DNA of 64,000 bases from Prochlorococcus sp. AG-315-C08 (GTDB lineage Bacteria > Cyanobacteriota > Cyanobacteriia > PCC-6307 > Cyanobiaceae). Numbering within the stretch: position 1 is the stretch's first letter; the number at the start of each line of letters is the position of its first letter. Location of the stretch: contig QBWB01000001.1 in assembly GCA_003284185.1 (NCBI GenBank), forward strand, positions 1,526 to 65,525, in the 5' to 3' direction. This document shows, in pieces, positions 43,126 to 53,201 of this stretch. The notes under the pieces are model-generated. The model did not search any database. It was not told where the DNA came from and saw only the letters and a program-made list of their open reading frames with translations. A program made the position numbers and the translations under genes.

Positions 43126-44160
43126 TTATTTCTTACTTTCTGTCTTAATAGCTGTTTGATGTATTAATTTAATATATTTTTTTCTCCAAATATTTCTTGG
43201 TAATATTTTTGCAATTAATCTCATTTTACTTCTTCTTAATGTATGACTTCTAATTCCTAAAATAATATCGTAAAGAAAATTAAAACCATCTTTTTTCGTT
43301 TCGAATATACCCATCCTTTGTGGAGAACCTTTTTGATCTAAAAGTGGTTTAGTCGCTTCATATGCTGGTTTATATTCAAACCATGGAATTGATGGCCATA
43401 AATGGTGAACTAAATGATAGTTTTGTCCCATTATTAATATGTTCATAACTCGACTTGGATAAACTCTTGCATTCTTCCATCTGTTTCTAGACTCAAAGGG
43501 TCTGTGAGGTAAATAATCAAAAAATATTCCTAATGTAACTCCCACCATTAGTGCCGGTCCGAACCATAAATTATAAATAATATTCATAAATCCATATTTA
43601 AGCCCCGCAATAATAATGCATATAAAAATTCCTCTTTCTATCCCCCATTGCATAAGTTCAAATTTTCTCCATAGCTTTCTCTCGAAGAAAAAATATTCAT
43701 GATAAAAAAATCTTGGAGCTATTAGCCATATTGGACCAAAGGTACTCACAATGTGATCAGGGTCATTTTGAGGATGATTTACATATTTATGATGCTCAAG
43801 ATGCACTCTTGTAAAAACGGGGAAGCTAAAGCCTAATAAAATTGCTGATCCGTGCCCCATCAGTTGATTTATCCATTTATTGGGGTGAGCTGCGTTATGA
43901 CATGCATCATGAATAACTGTCCCTTCCATATGAAGAGAAAGAAAGGCAAGAGTAACCAATACTGGTAAGGGCCAATTGCCTTGGTACCATTGCCAAATAC
44001 TTAAAATAGCAAGTAGATATCCGCCAATAAAGAGACCTACAGTGATATTAAATGGTTTAGGCGGGTCAATATATTGCTGGATGTCATTCTGCCAGTCACG
44101 TAATAACTTCAGTTTTTTCTTGGCATCACTTGAATTAGACCTCGAGAAGCACTGGGGCAT
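43126..44160 (-). CDS. crtR: Beta-carotene hydroxylase (fatty-acid desaturase superfamily)
   Basis: His boxes HDACH, HLEHH, HLVHH; DPDH; FFDYLPHRPF. Confidence 0.9.
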   Translation of the reverse strand: MPQCFSRSNSSDAKKKLKLLRDWQNDIQQYIDPPKPFNITVGLFIGGYLLAILSIWQWYQGNWPLPVLVTLAFLSLHMEGTVIHDACHNAAHPNKWINQLMGHGSAILLGFSFPVFTRVHLEHHKYVNHPQNDPDHIVSTFGPIWLIAPRFFYHEYFFFERKLWRKFELMQWGIERGIFICIIIAGLKYGFMNIIYNLWFGPALMVGVTLGIFFDYLPHRPFESRNRWKNARVYPSRVMNILIMGQNYHLVHHLWPSIPWFEYKPAYEATKPLLDQKGSPQRMGIFETKKDGFNFLYDIILGIRSHTLRRSKMRLIAKILPRNIWRKKYIKLIHQTAIKTESKK

Positions 44161-44211
44161 TGCCTGATCAGATTGAGATTAGATTCATTTGAAAAACATT
44201 TTAAGTGAAAA

Positions 44212-44293
44212 TGCCCACCGGGAGACTTGAACTCCCACGACCGAAGTCACTGGTACCTAAAACCAGCGCGTCTACCAATTCCGCCAGGTGGGC
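44212..44293 (-). tRNA. trnL: tRNA-Leu(TAG)
   Basis: GCCCACC acceptor stem, anticodon arm CTGGT-TTTAGGT-ACCAG, long variable arm, GTTCAA T-loop; CCA not encoded. Confidence 0.96.
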
Positions 44294-44508
44294 CAATCTA
44301 TCTCAGCGATTAGCATCGGAGATTTTTTATACTTTAGCAGTCCGTTGATCAGAATTTATAGACTATCTTTTGATTCTTGAATCTAGAGAGTTCAAAGCTG
44401 TTTGAGTATTTAGTTCCATGAATATTTGGAATTATCCAGAAAGAGATTGGAGTTTTCATTTTCAAAAATCCAATGACACGTCAAAATTAGTGAATAGCAT
44501 TAAAAAAA

Positions 44509-45027
44509 ATGTTTATTTCTATTCTTGGCTGTTTATCTATTGTCTGTGGTTTTTTGATATTGCTTTTGCCTTTAATCCTCACTGAATTAAGCCGACAACG
44601 AGATTGGTTAATGGGTGGTTTATTTCTAGTCTTAGGGTTAATACTTTTGGTAGAGAATGATCTTTTTGGAGGGTCGTTAATTTTACTAGTCATTTCGGGT
44701 GCAACCCTTTTTGGAAAAATGATCTTAGAGGTTTTTCAGAGTAGATGGTTTCAATTGAGTCCTATGGAAAAAGCTCAAATGGGATCTTTTGAAAAATGGG
44801 CTAAATCTTTTAAACAGCTTGGACAGATTATTGGTCAGTTAATGAATGGACTTTTTGAATTTTTTAAAATTTTTAAAAATCAACAAAAAAAATCTTTAAA
44901 AGAGAAGAAATGGGTGCATCCAGATTTAAAAAAGGAACTAGAGACTCAAAAGGTTCTTCCATTAGATGATGCTCAATCTTACAAGATCAATAATGAAGGA
45001 TCTACTAAAAATGAAGAGTCTTCTTGA
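44509..45027 (+). CDS. Ycf66-like membrane protein
   Basis: TM-ELSRQRDW-TM-TM, QSRWFQLS..EK pattern. Confidence 0.65.
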   Translation: MFISILGCLSIVCGFLILLLPLILTELSRQRDWLMGGLFLVLGLILLVENDLFGGSLILLVISGATLFGKMILEVFQSRWFQLSPMEKAQMGSFEKWAKSFKQLGQIIGQLMNGLFEFFKIFKNQQKKSLKEKKWVHPDLKKELETQKVLPLDDAQSYKINNEGSTKNEESS

Positions 45028-45077
45028 TAGGGTTAAGGGGCCTTGGGCGTTCATAATCATTATTCAATATCTCTAAA

Positions 45078-47990
45078 GTGAATCAGTTTAATAAAGGGTC
45101 TGAAAAAGATCGTCCTTCATACAAAAACACTCTCAACCTTTTGCAAACCAAATTTGGTATGAGAGCAAATGCAACGCTGAGGGAACCAGAGCTGCAAAGA
45201 TTTTGGGCTGAAAAAAACATAGATTTTGAGTTGGGTTTAAATAATCCTGGCCAAATATTTACTTTGCATGATGGACCTCCATATGCAAATGGATCACTTC
45301 ATATGGGGCATGCGCTTAACAAAATTTTGAAGGATATAATTAATAAATTCCAAATATTGCAAGGAAAAAAAGTCAGTTTTATTCCAGGATGGGATTGCCA
45401 TGGATTACCAATTGAATTAAAAGTTCTTCAATCTTTAGATAAATCACAACGTTCAGAATTAACTCCTATAAAGCTACGAAAGAAGGCAGCTAAATATGCC
45501 AAAAAACAAATTTCCATTCAAATGGAGGGGTTTAAAAGATGGGGTGTATGGGGAGACTGGGATAACCCATATTTAACTTTAGATAAGAAATATGAGGCAT
45601 CTCAAATTAGATTATTCGGTGAGATGGCTTTTAAGGGTTATGTATATAGAGGTTTTAAACCAGTTCATTGGAGCCCTAGTTCAAGGACAGCACTTGCTGA
45701 AGCAGAGTTAGAATATCCTTTAGGTCATATTAGTCAAAGTATATATGTAGGATTCGAAGTTGATAAAATTCCTAAATTATTAGAAAAAGAACTATTTGAT
45801 CAAGCCCCTGATCTTTTTACTTCTGGTGGCATTTTAAAAGACACCAAGCTTGCGGTATGGACCACAACCCCTTGGACTATTCCTGCTAATTTAGCAATCT
45901 CTATTAATCAGAAATTAGATTATGTCTTTGCGATTAGCTCAGATGATAAATTGATAGTAACTGCAGCTAATCTTTTATCAAAAGTATGTGAAACTATAAA
46001 TATTTCTTATAAGAATAGAGTTGTTTTGAAAGGTAAGTCCTTGGAAGGCATTACTTATAAACATCCATTATTTGATAGAACTAGCCCTGTTGTAATAGGT
46101 GGAGATTATATTACTACTGATTCTGGAACTGGATTAGTTCATACTGCACCTGGTCATGGTGTTGATGATTTCAATACTGGTATAAAATATAAATTACCAA
46201 TTTTTTGCCCAGTTGACGAAAAAGGGAACTTTACAGATGAAGTTGGCAAGTTTTCTGGCTTAAATGTATTAAAAGAGGCTAACAATGAAATTATTAGTGA
46301 TTTAAATATTAATGGAGCTTTACTTAAGAAGATTCCATATGAACATAAGTATCCTTATGATTGGAGAACTAAGAAGCCAACAATTTTTCGCGCGACAGAA
46401 CAATGGTTTGCTTCCGTTGAAGGATTTAGAGGAAAAGCTCTTTCAGCTATAGAAACAGTTAAATGGCTTCCTGATACTGGTAAAAATAGGATTGAATCAA
46501 TGGTTAGAGAAAGAGGCGATTGGTGTATCTCTAGACAAAGAACATGGGGGGTGCCAATACCAGTTTTTTATGAGAAGGATGGAAAAGATTTTTTGCTAAA
46601 TGAAGAAACTATTTCTCATATAGCCAATTTATTTGAAATTCATGGAGCTGATATTTGGTGGGAATACGAAGTGTCTAAACTTTTACCACTTTCTTATTTA
46701 AAAGAGGCAGATCGTTGGCAAAAAGGTACTGATACTATGGATGTTTGGTTTGATTCCGGTTCTAGTTGGTCTTCAGTTGTCTCTGGAAAAGATCATATGG
46801 ATTATCCAGCAGATTTGTACTTAGAGGGCTCTGATCAGCATCGTGGGTGGTTTCAGTCCTCTTTACTTACATCTGTTGCAGTAAACGAGAAAGCACCTTT
46901 TAAACAAGTCCTTACTCATGGTTTTGCTTTGGATGAAGATGGTAGAAAGATGAGTAAATCTTTAGGGAACATTGTTGACCCCTCACTGATAATCAATGGT
47001 GGTTCAAATCAGAAGTTAGATCCTGCTTATGGTGCTGATGTTTTAAGACTTTGGGTAAGCTCTGTTGATTATTCTGCTGATGTACCTATTGGTTCAAATA
47101 TATTGAAGCAAATCTCTGAGGTTTATCGAAAGGTTAGAAATACTTCTAGGTATTTATTAGGAAATATTTATGATTTTGATTATAAAAAAGATGCTATTGA
47201 GATTTCTAAATTGCCATTATTAGATAAATGGATGTTGAATAGGACTGCTGAAGTGATAAACGAGATATCTGATTATTTTTCTAAATATGAATTTTCAAAA
47301 TTCTTTCAAACAATACAGAATTATTGTGTTGTTGATTTGTCTAGTTTTTACTTAGATATTGCAAAAGATAGGTTATATGTTAGTTCAAGATCTGATTTCC
47401 GAAGAAGATCATGTCAGACAGTATTATCTTTGATTATAGAGAGAATAGCTGGACTAATCTCACCAGTTTTATGTCATATGGCAGAAGACATTTGGCAAAA
47501 TATACCATATGAATTAGAAGAAGAATCTGTATTTCAAAGAGGATGGCCAATTGCTCCTAAATCTTGGCAAGATAGAAGCCTAAATATTCATGTAATTCAA
47601 CTTCGAAAGATTAGAACAATTTTAAACCGTATGATGGAGATTTGTAGGAGTAAACAAGAATTAGGATCATCTTTAGAAGCAGCAGTTAGAATCGATATAA
47701 CTGATAAAAATACTCAAGAGGCAATTAATTGGTTATCTATTAATTCAGCAAATAATGTTGACGTACTAAGAGATTGGTTTCTGATTTCTGATCTGCAAGT
47801 TGGCGGAGAGCCCTGGGCTGAAGTTTTATTAAGTGAAGATAACGAAATTGGAACAATAGAGATAGCTAAAGCTAGAGGAGTAAAATGCGAAAGATGCTGG
47901 CATTATGTACAGAAATTAAGTAAGAATAATCATTGTCCAAATATTTGCTCTAGATGTGAGCAAATTGTACTATCTATTGAAAATAATTAA
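45078..47990 (+). CDS. ileS: Isoleucine--tRNA ligase
   Basis: [35 protein letters not shown]-terminal CERC/CSRC zinc site. Confidence 0.98.
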   Translation: MNQFNKGSEKDRPSYKNTLNLLQTKFGMRANATLREPELQRFWAEKNIDFELGLNNPGQIFTLHDGPPYANGSLHMGHALNKILKDIINKFQILQGKKVSFIPGWDCHGLPIELKVLQSLDKSQRSELTPIKLRKKAAKYAKKQISIQMEGFKRWGVWGDWDNPYLTLDKKYEASQIRLFGEMAFKGYVYRGFKPVHWSPSSRTALAEAELEYPLGHISQSIYVGFEVDKIPKLLEKELFDQAPDLFTSGGILKDTKLAVWTTTPWTIPANLAISINQKLDYVFAISSDDKLIVTAANLLSKVCETINISYKNRVVLKGKSLEGITYKHPLFDRTSPVVIGGDYITTDSGTGLVHTAPGHGVDDFNTGIKYKLPIFCPVDEKGNFTDEVGKFSGLNVLKEANNEIISDLNINGALLKKIPYEHKYPYDWRTKKPTIFRATEQWFASVEGFRGKALSAIETVKWLPDTGKNRIESMVRERGDWCISRQRTWGVPIPVFYEKDGKDFLLNEETISHIANLFEIHGADIWWEYEVSKLLPLSYLKEADRWQKGTDTMDVWFDSGSSWSSVVSGKDHMDYPADLYLEGSDQHRGWFQSSLLTSVAVNEKAPFKQVLTHGFALDEDGRKMSKSLGNIVDPSLIINGGSNQKLDPAYGADVLRLWVSSVDYSADVPIGSNILKQISEVYRKVRNTSRYLLGNIYDFDYKKDAIEISKLPLLDKWMLNRTAEVINEISDYFSKYEFSKFFQTIQNYCVVDLSSFYLDIAKDRLYVSSRSDFRRRSCQTVLSLIIERIAGLISPVLCHMAEDIWQNIPYELEEESVFQRGWPIAPKSWQDRSLNIHVIQLRKIRTILNRMMEICRSKQELGSSLEAAVRIDITDKNTQEAINWLSINSANNVDVLRDWFLISDLQVGGEPWAEVLLSEDNEIGTIEIAKARGVKCERCWHYVQKLSKNNHCPNICSRCEQIVLSIENN

Positions 47991-48022
47991 TTTAGTGTTT
48001 TAAAGATATATCGAATTAAATA

Positions 48023-48634
48023 TTAGAACTTTCCTGCAATTCTTCCACCTTTTGGTAATTGTAAGATTAGCCATTGAAGTAAACCTAATAAATAAAATAT
48101 TAAAGCTAAGTATCCCAAAAAATTAGCAGTTCCGATTGTCCAATTACCACCTAAAATAAATTTTATCATTACTTTAGTGCTCATATATGAATTTAATGGG
48201 AGCTCTCGCCAAATATTACAGTAACTACTATCAATAGAACTTAAACATTGCCAGCTAACTATATTTAGCCCTAAATGTAATATCCCCCATAAAGAAAGAC
48301 ACCACCTCCAGATTTTTGTAGTAAGTGAAATAGAGTTATAAAGAGGCATTTCTTCTATTTCTTCATTTATATCTATCCAAAACCATACGGAACAAATCAT
48401 AAGTATTGGTGCGATAAATGAAATCAAATAGCCAATTTGTGCCTCACTACTCAGAAATAAAATACTTATTCCATATAAGCTAGAAATTTTCCAATAAATT
48501 GATAGCAGTCTTTCTATAGGAGCCTCTTTTGCTATTTTTGACCAAATCAAAAGAAATAATGGAACTCCAAATGCGAAGGTTGCGGCTAGTCGATACGAGA
48601 GCCAAACTAGAATTTGAAATTGAAATTCAGTCAA
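48023..48634 (-). CDS. DUF3177-like membrane protein
   Basis: VWLSYRLA, IYWKISSL, WFWIDINEE, C-terminal LPKGGRIAGKF. Confidence 0.8.
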   Translation of the reverse strand: MTEFQFQILVWLSYRLAATFAFGVPLFLLIWSKIAKEAPIERLLSIYWKISSLYGISILFLSSEAQIGYLISFIAPILMICSVWFWIDINEEIEEMPLYNSISLTTKIWRWCLSLWGILHLGLNIVSWQCLSSIDSSYCNIWRELPLNSYMSTKVMIKFILGGNWTIGTANFLGYLALIFYLLGLLQWLILQLPKGGRIAGKF

Positions 48635-48925
48635 TGAAAAATACCATTCTTTATTATTATCTACCCTCGACTATCTTTTTTTAACCTTATGGTGTTCTAT
48701 TAAAAATTTTCTCTATATTTATTAGTCTTTCAACTTTTTATCCTCCATTTCTTAATATTTTTCCATTCATAATTAGTATGAATGATAGCTTTAAGGAATT
48801 TATAGTCAAGAGAATTATTTTTTCGACCTATAAGAATTTGATGGAGTTTTGTTTCTTAAAGCATTGAATATACTTTTGCAAGCGTTTTAATTAGGATCAG
48901 AAAATATAGTTTTAATGTAAATGTA

Positions 48926-49591
48926 GTGAGACATAGACAACATGTAAATCCTCTAAGCCAATTTTTTCAGGTACCTTTTTCTTTGCCAGACAAAGCTATT
49001 ATATTTGAGGAGCCTCAATACCCAATTCATTTAGATATAGGTTCTGCAAGAGGAAATTTTTTAATTGAGTTAGCTTCAAAATATCCCAAGTGGAATTTCT
49101 TAGGTCTTGAAATAAGAGAGCCTTTGGTCATTTCCGCTGAAAAGAGAAGAAATCAATTGGGTCTGACTAATTTAAAATTTTTATTTTGTAATGTCAATGT
49201 CAGCTTGGATAAATGGCTCTTAAATTTAGACCACAATCAATTGCATAGAGTATCAATTCAATTTCCAGATCCATGGTTTAAAAGAAAACATTTTAAAAGA
49301 AGAGTTTTACAGCCATATCTTCTTAATTCTTTGGCAAGCTCTTTAAGAATAGGAGGAGAGATTTTTATTCAGAGTGATAATCTAGAGGTTATAGAATCAA
49401 TGATTGATGTTGTTGAGAACAGTTGCTATTTTGATAGGAAATTATTCGATGGGCTTAAATGGCTAGATAAGAATCCTTATAAAATCTATACTGAGCGGGA
49501 GATTTATGCTTTAGAGAGAGAATTACCAATATATAGAGCAATGTATTGTAGAAATAGTAAATTATTTATTAACGCCTGCAATAATGCTTGA
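48926..49591 (+). CDS. trmB: tRNA (guanine-N7)-methyltransferase
   Basis: RQHVNPL, LDIGSARG, LGLEIR, FPDPWFKRKH, TERE. Confidence 0.96.
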   Translation: MRHRQHVNPLSQFFQVPFSLPDKAIIFEEPQYPIHLDIGSARGNFLIELASKYPKWNFLGLEIREPLVISAEKRRNQLGLTNLKFLFCNVNVSLDKWLLNLDHNQLHRVSIQFPDPWFKRKHFKRRVLQPYLLNSLASSLRIGGEIFIQSDNLEVIESMIDVVENSCYFDRKLFDGLKWLDKNPYKIYTEREIYALERELPIYRAMYCRNSKLFINACNNA

Positions 49592-49673
49592 TTGAATGGA
49601 TCTGAATTCTTAGTAATTAGTCTGTAGTTATCTATATAATAATTCTTATACATATTTTATTTTATTTCTCCTT

Positions 49674-50249
49674 ATGACTACTGAGTCTAATGAAGAGAAA
49701 GATCTAAATTCTTCTCAAAGACTTTTTTTAGTTTTATTAAGTATTTGTCTCGTTATTTCTTTGTTCTTTTTTAAGAATGGATTCAAGCTAAATTCAACAC
49801 TTGACCAATTAGCCAGAAACTCTCTTTTGCCAGAAGAAGCATTGTTTAACGGTCGTCCTAGTGTAATTGAATTTTATGCAGACTGGTGTGAGGCATGCAA
49901 GGAAATGGCTCCTGCAATGATTAGTGTAAAAAAAAGAAATCAAAATAAAGTAGATGTTGTTTTGCTTGATGTAGATAACCCCCAATGGATTGATTTAATT
50001 AAAAAATATGATGTTAATGGAATTCCTCAATTGAATTTCTTTGATACCAAGGGAGAATTTAAAGGCTTTTCTTTAGGTGTGAAGAATGAGAATGAACTAA
50101 ATGACATTTTTTATGCTTTAATTAATAATTCAGCATTACCTTCCTTATCTAGAATCTCAAACTCTAGTGACTTAAATATAGGTTCTGATTTGGAAGAATC
50201 TATATTTATAGAAAATGCTAAATCTTCTGGGCCAAGAAGTCATAATTAG
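49674..50249 (+). CDS. txlA: Membrane-anchored thioredoxin-like protein (TxlA/HCF164 type)
   Basis: N-terminal TM helix, EFYADWCEAC, VNGIPQ. Confidence 0.85.
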   Translation: MTTESNEEKDLNSSQRLFLVLLSICLVISLFFFKNGFKLNSTLDQLARNSLLPEEALFNGRPSVIEFYADWCEACKEMAPAMISVKKRNQNKVDVVLLDVDNPQWIDLIKKYDVNGIPQLNFFDTKGEFKGFSLGVKNENELNDIFYALINNSALPSLSRISNSSDLNIGSDLEESIFIENAKSSGPRSHN

Positions 50250-50253
50250 ATGA

Positions 50254-50886
50254 TTACCAGTTTAGTGCAGATGATACAATTGGATAGTTTTGAGAGAAAA
50301 TCTTTTTACATTCTTGTGCAATATTCATATGCTCTTTTTGTGTTCCATGACCTGTTCTAAGCGTTATATAGTGAATCCAAGAACGACAAGATCCTGTCAT
50401 GTAAATTCTAGTAGGTGTAGCTAGAGGTAGTACAAATCTTGCACATTCTTTAGCAATACCTGCCTCAAGCATTTCCTCATATAGTTTTTTATTTAACATA
50501 AACTGATTTTTAATTTTCTTATTAAAATTGTTTATGATTTCAGTTGATAAATCTGATATAGAATTTTGTCTATTTTTATCATCTTGTCGTCTTAATTCTG
50601 GGATTGGAATGTCCCCCAATTGTGTGCTATCTGCGTAACGTTGTGAAAACTCTTGAAATGTGAAGGATCGATGTCTAAGTATTTGTGCTGCAATACCCCT
50701 ATTCGTTTCAATTTGCAATGTCATATAAGCTTGTTCAAAAACACTCCAGTGTTCATTTTTTATGCAATATTTAAGTAACTTTTTGAAGTCATCATTATCT
50801 TGATTCTTTGGATTACTCACTCTGGCAATATATGCCATACTTTTTTCAGCATCAGGGGTAGATGTTATCAATTCAACAATACTCAT
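50254..50886 (-). CDS. thyX: FAD-dependent thymidylate synthase
   Basis: HWSVFE, QILRHRSFTFQEFSQRY, ECARFVLP, TQKEH. Confidence 0.97.
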   Translation of the reverse strand: MSIVELITSTPDAEKSMAYIARVSNPKNQDNDDFKKLLKYCIKNEHWSVFEQAYMTLQIETNRGIAAQILRHRSFTFQEFSQRYADSTQLGDIPIPELRRQDDKNRQNSISDLSTEIINNFNKKIKNQFMLNKKLYEEMLEAGIAKECARFVLPLATPTRIYMTGSCRSWIHYITLRTGHGTQKEHMNIAQECKKIFSQNYPIVSSALNW

Positions 50887-50888
50887 TT

Positions 50889-51482
50889 TTAAACTTTGGC
50901 TAGAGTTACTTTTTCGGGCTGATGTTGATATTTGCCTTCTCGATCACTGTAAGTTGTCTGACAGGGATCACCTTCAAAAAACAGTAATTGACAGATCCCT
51001 TCGTCAGCATAAATTCTACAATCTGCTCCAGAACTATTACTAAATTCAAGGGTAAGATGTCCCTCCCAGCTTGCTTCTGCAGGAGTTGTATTTACAATAA
51101 TTCCCAATCTTGCATAGGTACTTTTCCCAAGGCAAATAACTGTAATATTTGGTGGGACCTTCATTTTTTCTAATGCAACTCCAAGACCATAAGAATGGGC
51201 GGGGAGAATGAAATACTTACCATCTTGGTCTGATTTTAGTTCCGTTGATTCTAAATTTGCAGGATTAAATTTTTTTGGATTCATTACTGTTCCAGGAACA
51301 TGACGAAAGATTAAAAACTCCTTTGATGACAGCCTTAAATCATATCCATAAGATGAGCAACCAAAGCTTAAAACAGGAGAGCTTTTAGATTCTGGTTCGA
51401 GATGCCTTATAAGTTTTTCCTGAAAAGGCACGAGCATTCCTAATGAAGCTTGCTCTGAAATCCAGCGATCGTTTTTTAACAT
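50889..51482 (-). CDS. dcd: dCTP deaminase
   Basis: SSYGYDLRL, GKSTYARLG, TPAEASWEGHLTLE, GKYQ. Confidence 0.96.
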   Translation of the reverse strand: MLKNDRWISEQASLGMLVPFQEKLIRHLEPESKSSPVLSFGCSSYGYDLRLSSKEFLIFRHVPGTVMNPKKFNPANLESTELKSDQDGKYFILPAHSYGLGVALEKMKVPPNITVICLGKSTYARLGIIVNTTPAEASWEGHLTLEFSNSSGADCRIYADEGICQLLFFEGDPCQTTYSDREGKYQHQPEKVTLAKV

Positions 51483-52082
51483 TTAACTACAGCGTAATTC
51501 TGTGATTTGGTCAGCCATTTCATTAATTGGGGTTGGGATTGATGGTCCTGTAAGAATGATATCTGTTGATGATGGACGATTATTTATTGTCGACACCACG
51601 TCATTTTCCTCAATGAATCCAAGAGAGATTGCCAAGCCTATTTCATCTAAAACAATCTTATCTATTTTGTGTTTTTCTAAACGCGTTTTGCAAGTTTCCC
51701 AGATTGCTCTTATGGCTTGTTGTTGAGATCTTTTTTGAAAGCTTGAATTACTAGTATCTGAATTTTCTGGCAGGCAGCATTCAATTGATGGCCTTAACCA
51801 TTCCAGTCGTCCACAAAGATGAATTGCTCCTTCTGGCCCTTGGTTAACTCCTCCTTTCAAGAATTGGACTATTAAGACTTTACTTCCTAATCCAGCAGAT
51901 CTTAAAGCTTCGCTTAAAACAACAGAAAAACTACCTCGATACGAAGAAGTGTGAATATGAACTTGTCCTTGCGTTGTTACTAATTGAAGAGGAGTCCTAG
52001 AGGGGACTGGCCTAAGCGAAGACCCTATCGATGGAATTGAATCCATCTGTTTAGCACTCGTACTATGGCCTGCGTTCATCAA
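51483..52082 (-). CDS. CobO/BtuR-like protein with degenerate P-loop
   Basis: LRSAGLG.KVLIVQFLKG, VLDEI, ILTG, ADQITE match CobO; P-loop reads TSSYRGSF. Confidence 0.8.
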   Translation of the reverse strand: MMNAGHSTSAKQMDSIPSIGSSLRPVPSRTPLQLVTTQGQVHIHTSSYRGSFSVVLSEALRSAGLGSKVLIVQFLKGGVNQGPEGAIHLCGRLEWLRPSIECCLPENSDTSNSSFQKRSQQQAIRAIWETCKTRLEKHKIDKIVLDEIGLAISLGFIEENDVVSTINNRPSSTDIILTGPSIPTPINEMADQITELRCS

Positions 52083-52137
52083 AATATGAAAACTTATAAT
52101 TAATCTAGCGGTATAAATCGTCTCATCAACCTATTTG

Positions 52138-52153
52138 ACACTATCTGTGGTGT
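52138..52153. promoter_or_regulatory. Putative NrdR box upstream of the cobO-like/dcd/thyX operon
   Basis: 16-bp ACACTATCTGTGGTGT resembles the NrdR consensus acaCwAtATaTwGtgt. Confidence 0.6.
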
Positions 52154-52339
52154 ATCAAGGCTTGGATTTTGTTGATGTAGATAATGAAAGGTGCTTTTCG
52201 AGGTTTAAGGAGATATCTACTACTTAAATGGAAAATTGAATAATTTTGAGTCCCTGGATTTTTTTATATTGAAAAATATGATATTAGAATTATTCAGGAT
52301 ATAAAAAAGAATCTTGAAATTAGATGTAGGCTGTAAAAA

Positions 52340-52381
52340 GTCGCGATGGCTACATATTGTTTTATATCCAGTTATTAATGT
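52340..52381 (+). promoter_or_regulatory. Putative NtcA-activated (autoregulatory) promoter of ntcA
   Basis: GTC-N8-TAC at 52340-52353, then exactly 22 nt to a TAN3T -10 box (TAATGT, 52376-52381). Confidence 0.6.
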
Positions 52382-52402
52382 CTTCTCAATATTAATTTAA
52401 CT

Positions 52403-53143
52403 ATGGTCACTTCCTATCGTGGCTTTACTCGTTTCAATCAGCCAAAAAATAACCCAAGCCAAGCAACTACTGCTAATGCTTCTTCTGTTCAATCTCCTGA
52501 CAAGACACTTTTAGATGTAATTAGAACACTTGATGGTGTCTCGACTGAGATAATAGATAGGTCTAAAACAATTTTTTTTCCTGGAGACCCCGCTGAGAGG
52601 GTTTATCTGATTAGACGTGGGGCTGTCCGATTAAGTAGGGTTTATGAGACGGGAGAGGAGATTACTGTTGCGTTGTTAAGAGAAAATAGCCTTTTTGGTG
52701 TTCTTTCTTTACTCACAGGACATAGGTCAGATCGTTTTTATCATTCTGTTGCTTTTACTAGAGTAGAGCTGGTATCTGCGCCAGCTACTTCGGTTAGAAA
52801 TGCAATCGAACAAGATACTTCAGTTGGATTGCTTTTACTTCAAGGCTTATCAAGTCGCGTACTTCAAACTGAAACAATGATTGAGACACTAACTCATCGG
52901 GACATGTCCTCTCGTTTGGCTAGTTTTCTGCTTGTGCTCTGTAGGGATTTCGGAGTGCCTAGTGAAAGGGGCGTGACTATTGATTTGAGGCTCTCACATC
53001 AATCTATTGCTGAAGCAATAGGTTCAACTCGAGTAACTATTACTCGTTTACTTGGAGACTTGAAGAATTCATCATTATTGGAAATCGAGAGAAAAAAAAT
53101 AACTATCTTTGATCCAATAGCTTTGGCTAAACGATTCAATTAA
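52403..53143 (+). CDS. ntcA: Global nitrogen regulator NtcA
   Basis: [49 protein letters not shown]. Confidence 0.98.
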   Translation: MVTSYRGFTRFNQPKNNPSQATTANASSVQSPDKTLLDVIRTLDGVSTEIIDRSKTIFFPGDPAERVYLIRRGAVRLSRVYETGEEITVALLRENSLFGVLSLLTGHRSDRFYHSVAFTRVELVSAPATSVRNAIEQDTSVGLLLLQGLSSRVLQTETMIETLTHRDMSSRLASFLLVLCRDFGVPSERGVTIDLRLSHQSIAEAIGSTRVTITRLLGDLKNSSLLEIERKKITIFDPIALAKRFN

Positions 53144-53201
53144 AGGGTCTAGTCTATTAGTGTTAAGGATGAGTTATTCGTCCCTTTATTGAGTTATTTC
53201 T

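Noticed and set aside
44161-44508. tRNA-Leu as a possible integration site
   Set aside because: No integrase, duplicated tRNA 3' end or foreign DNA nearby
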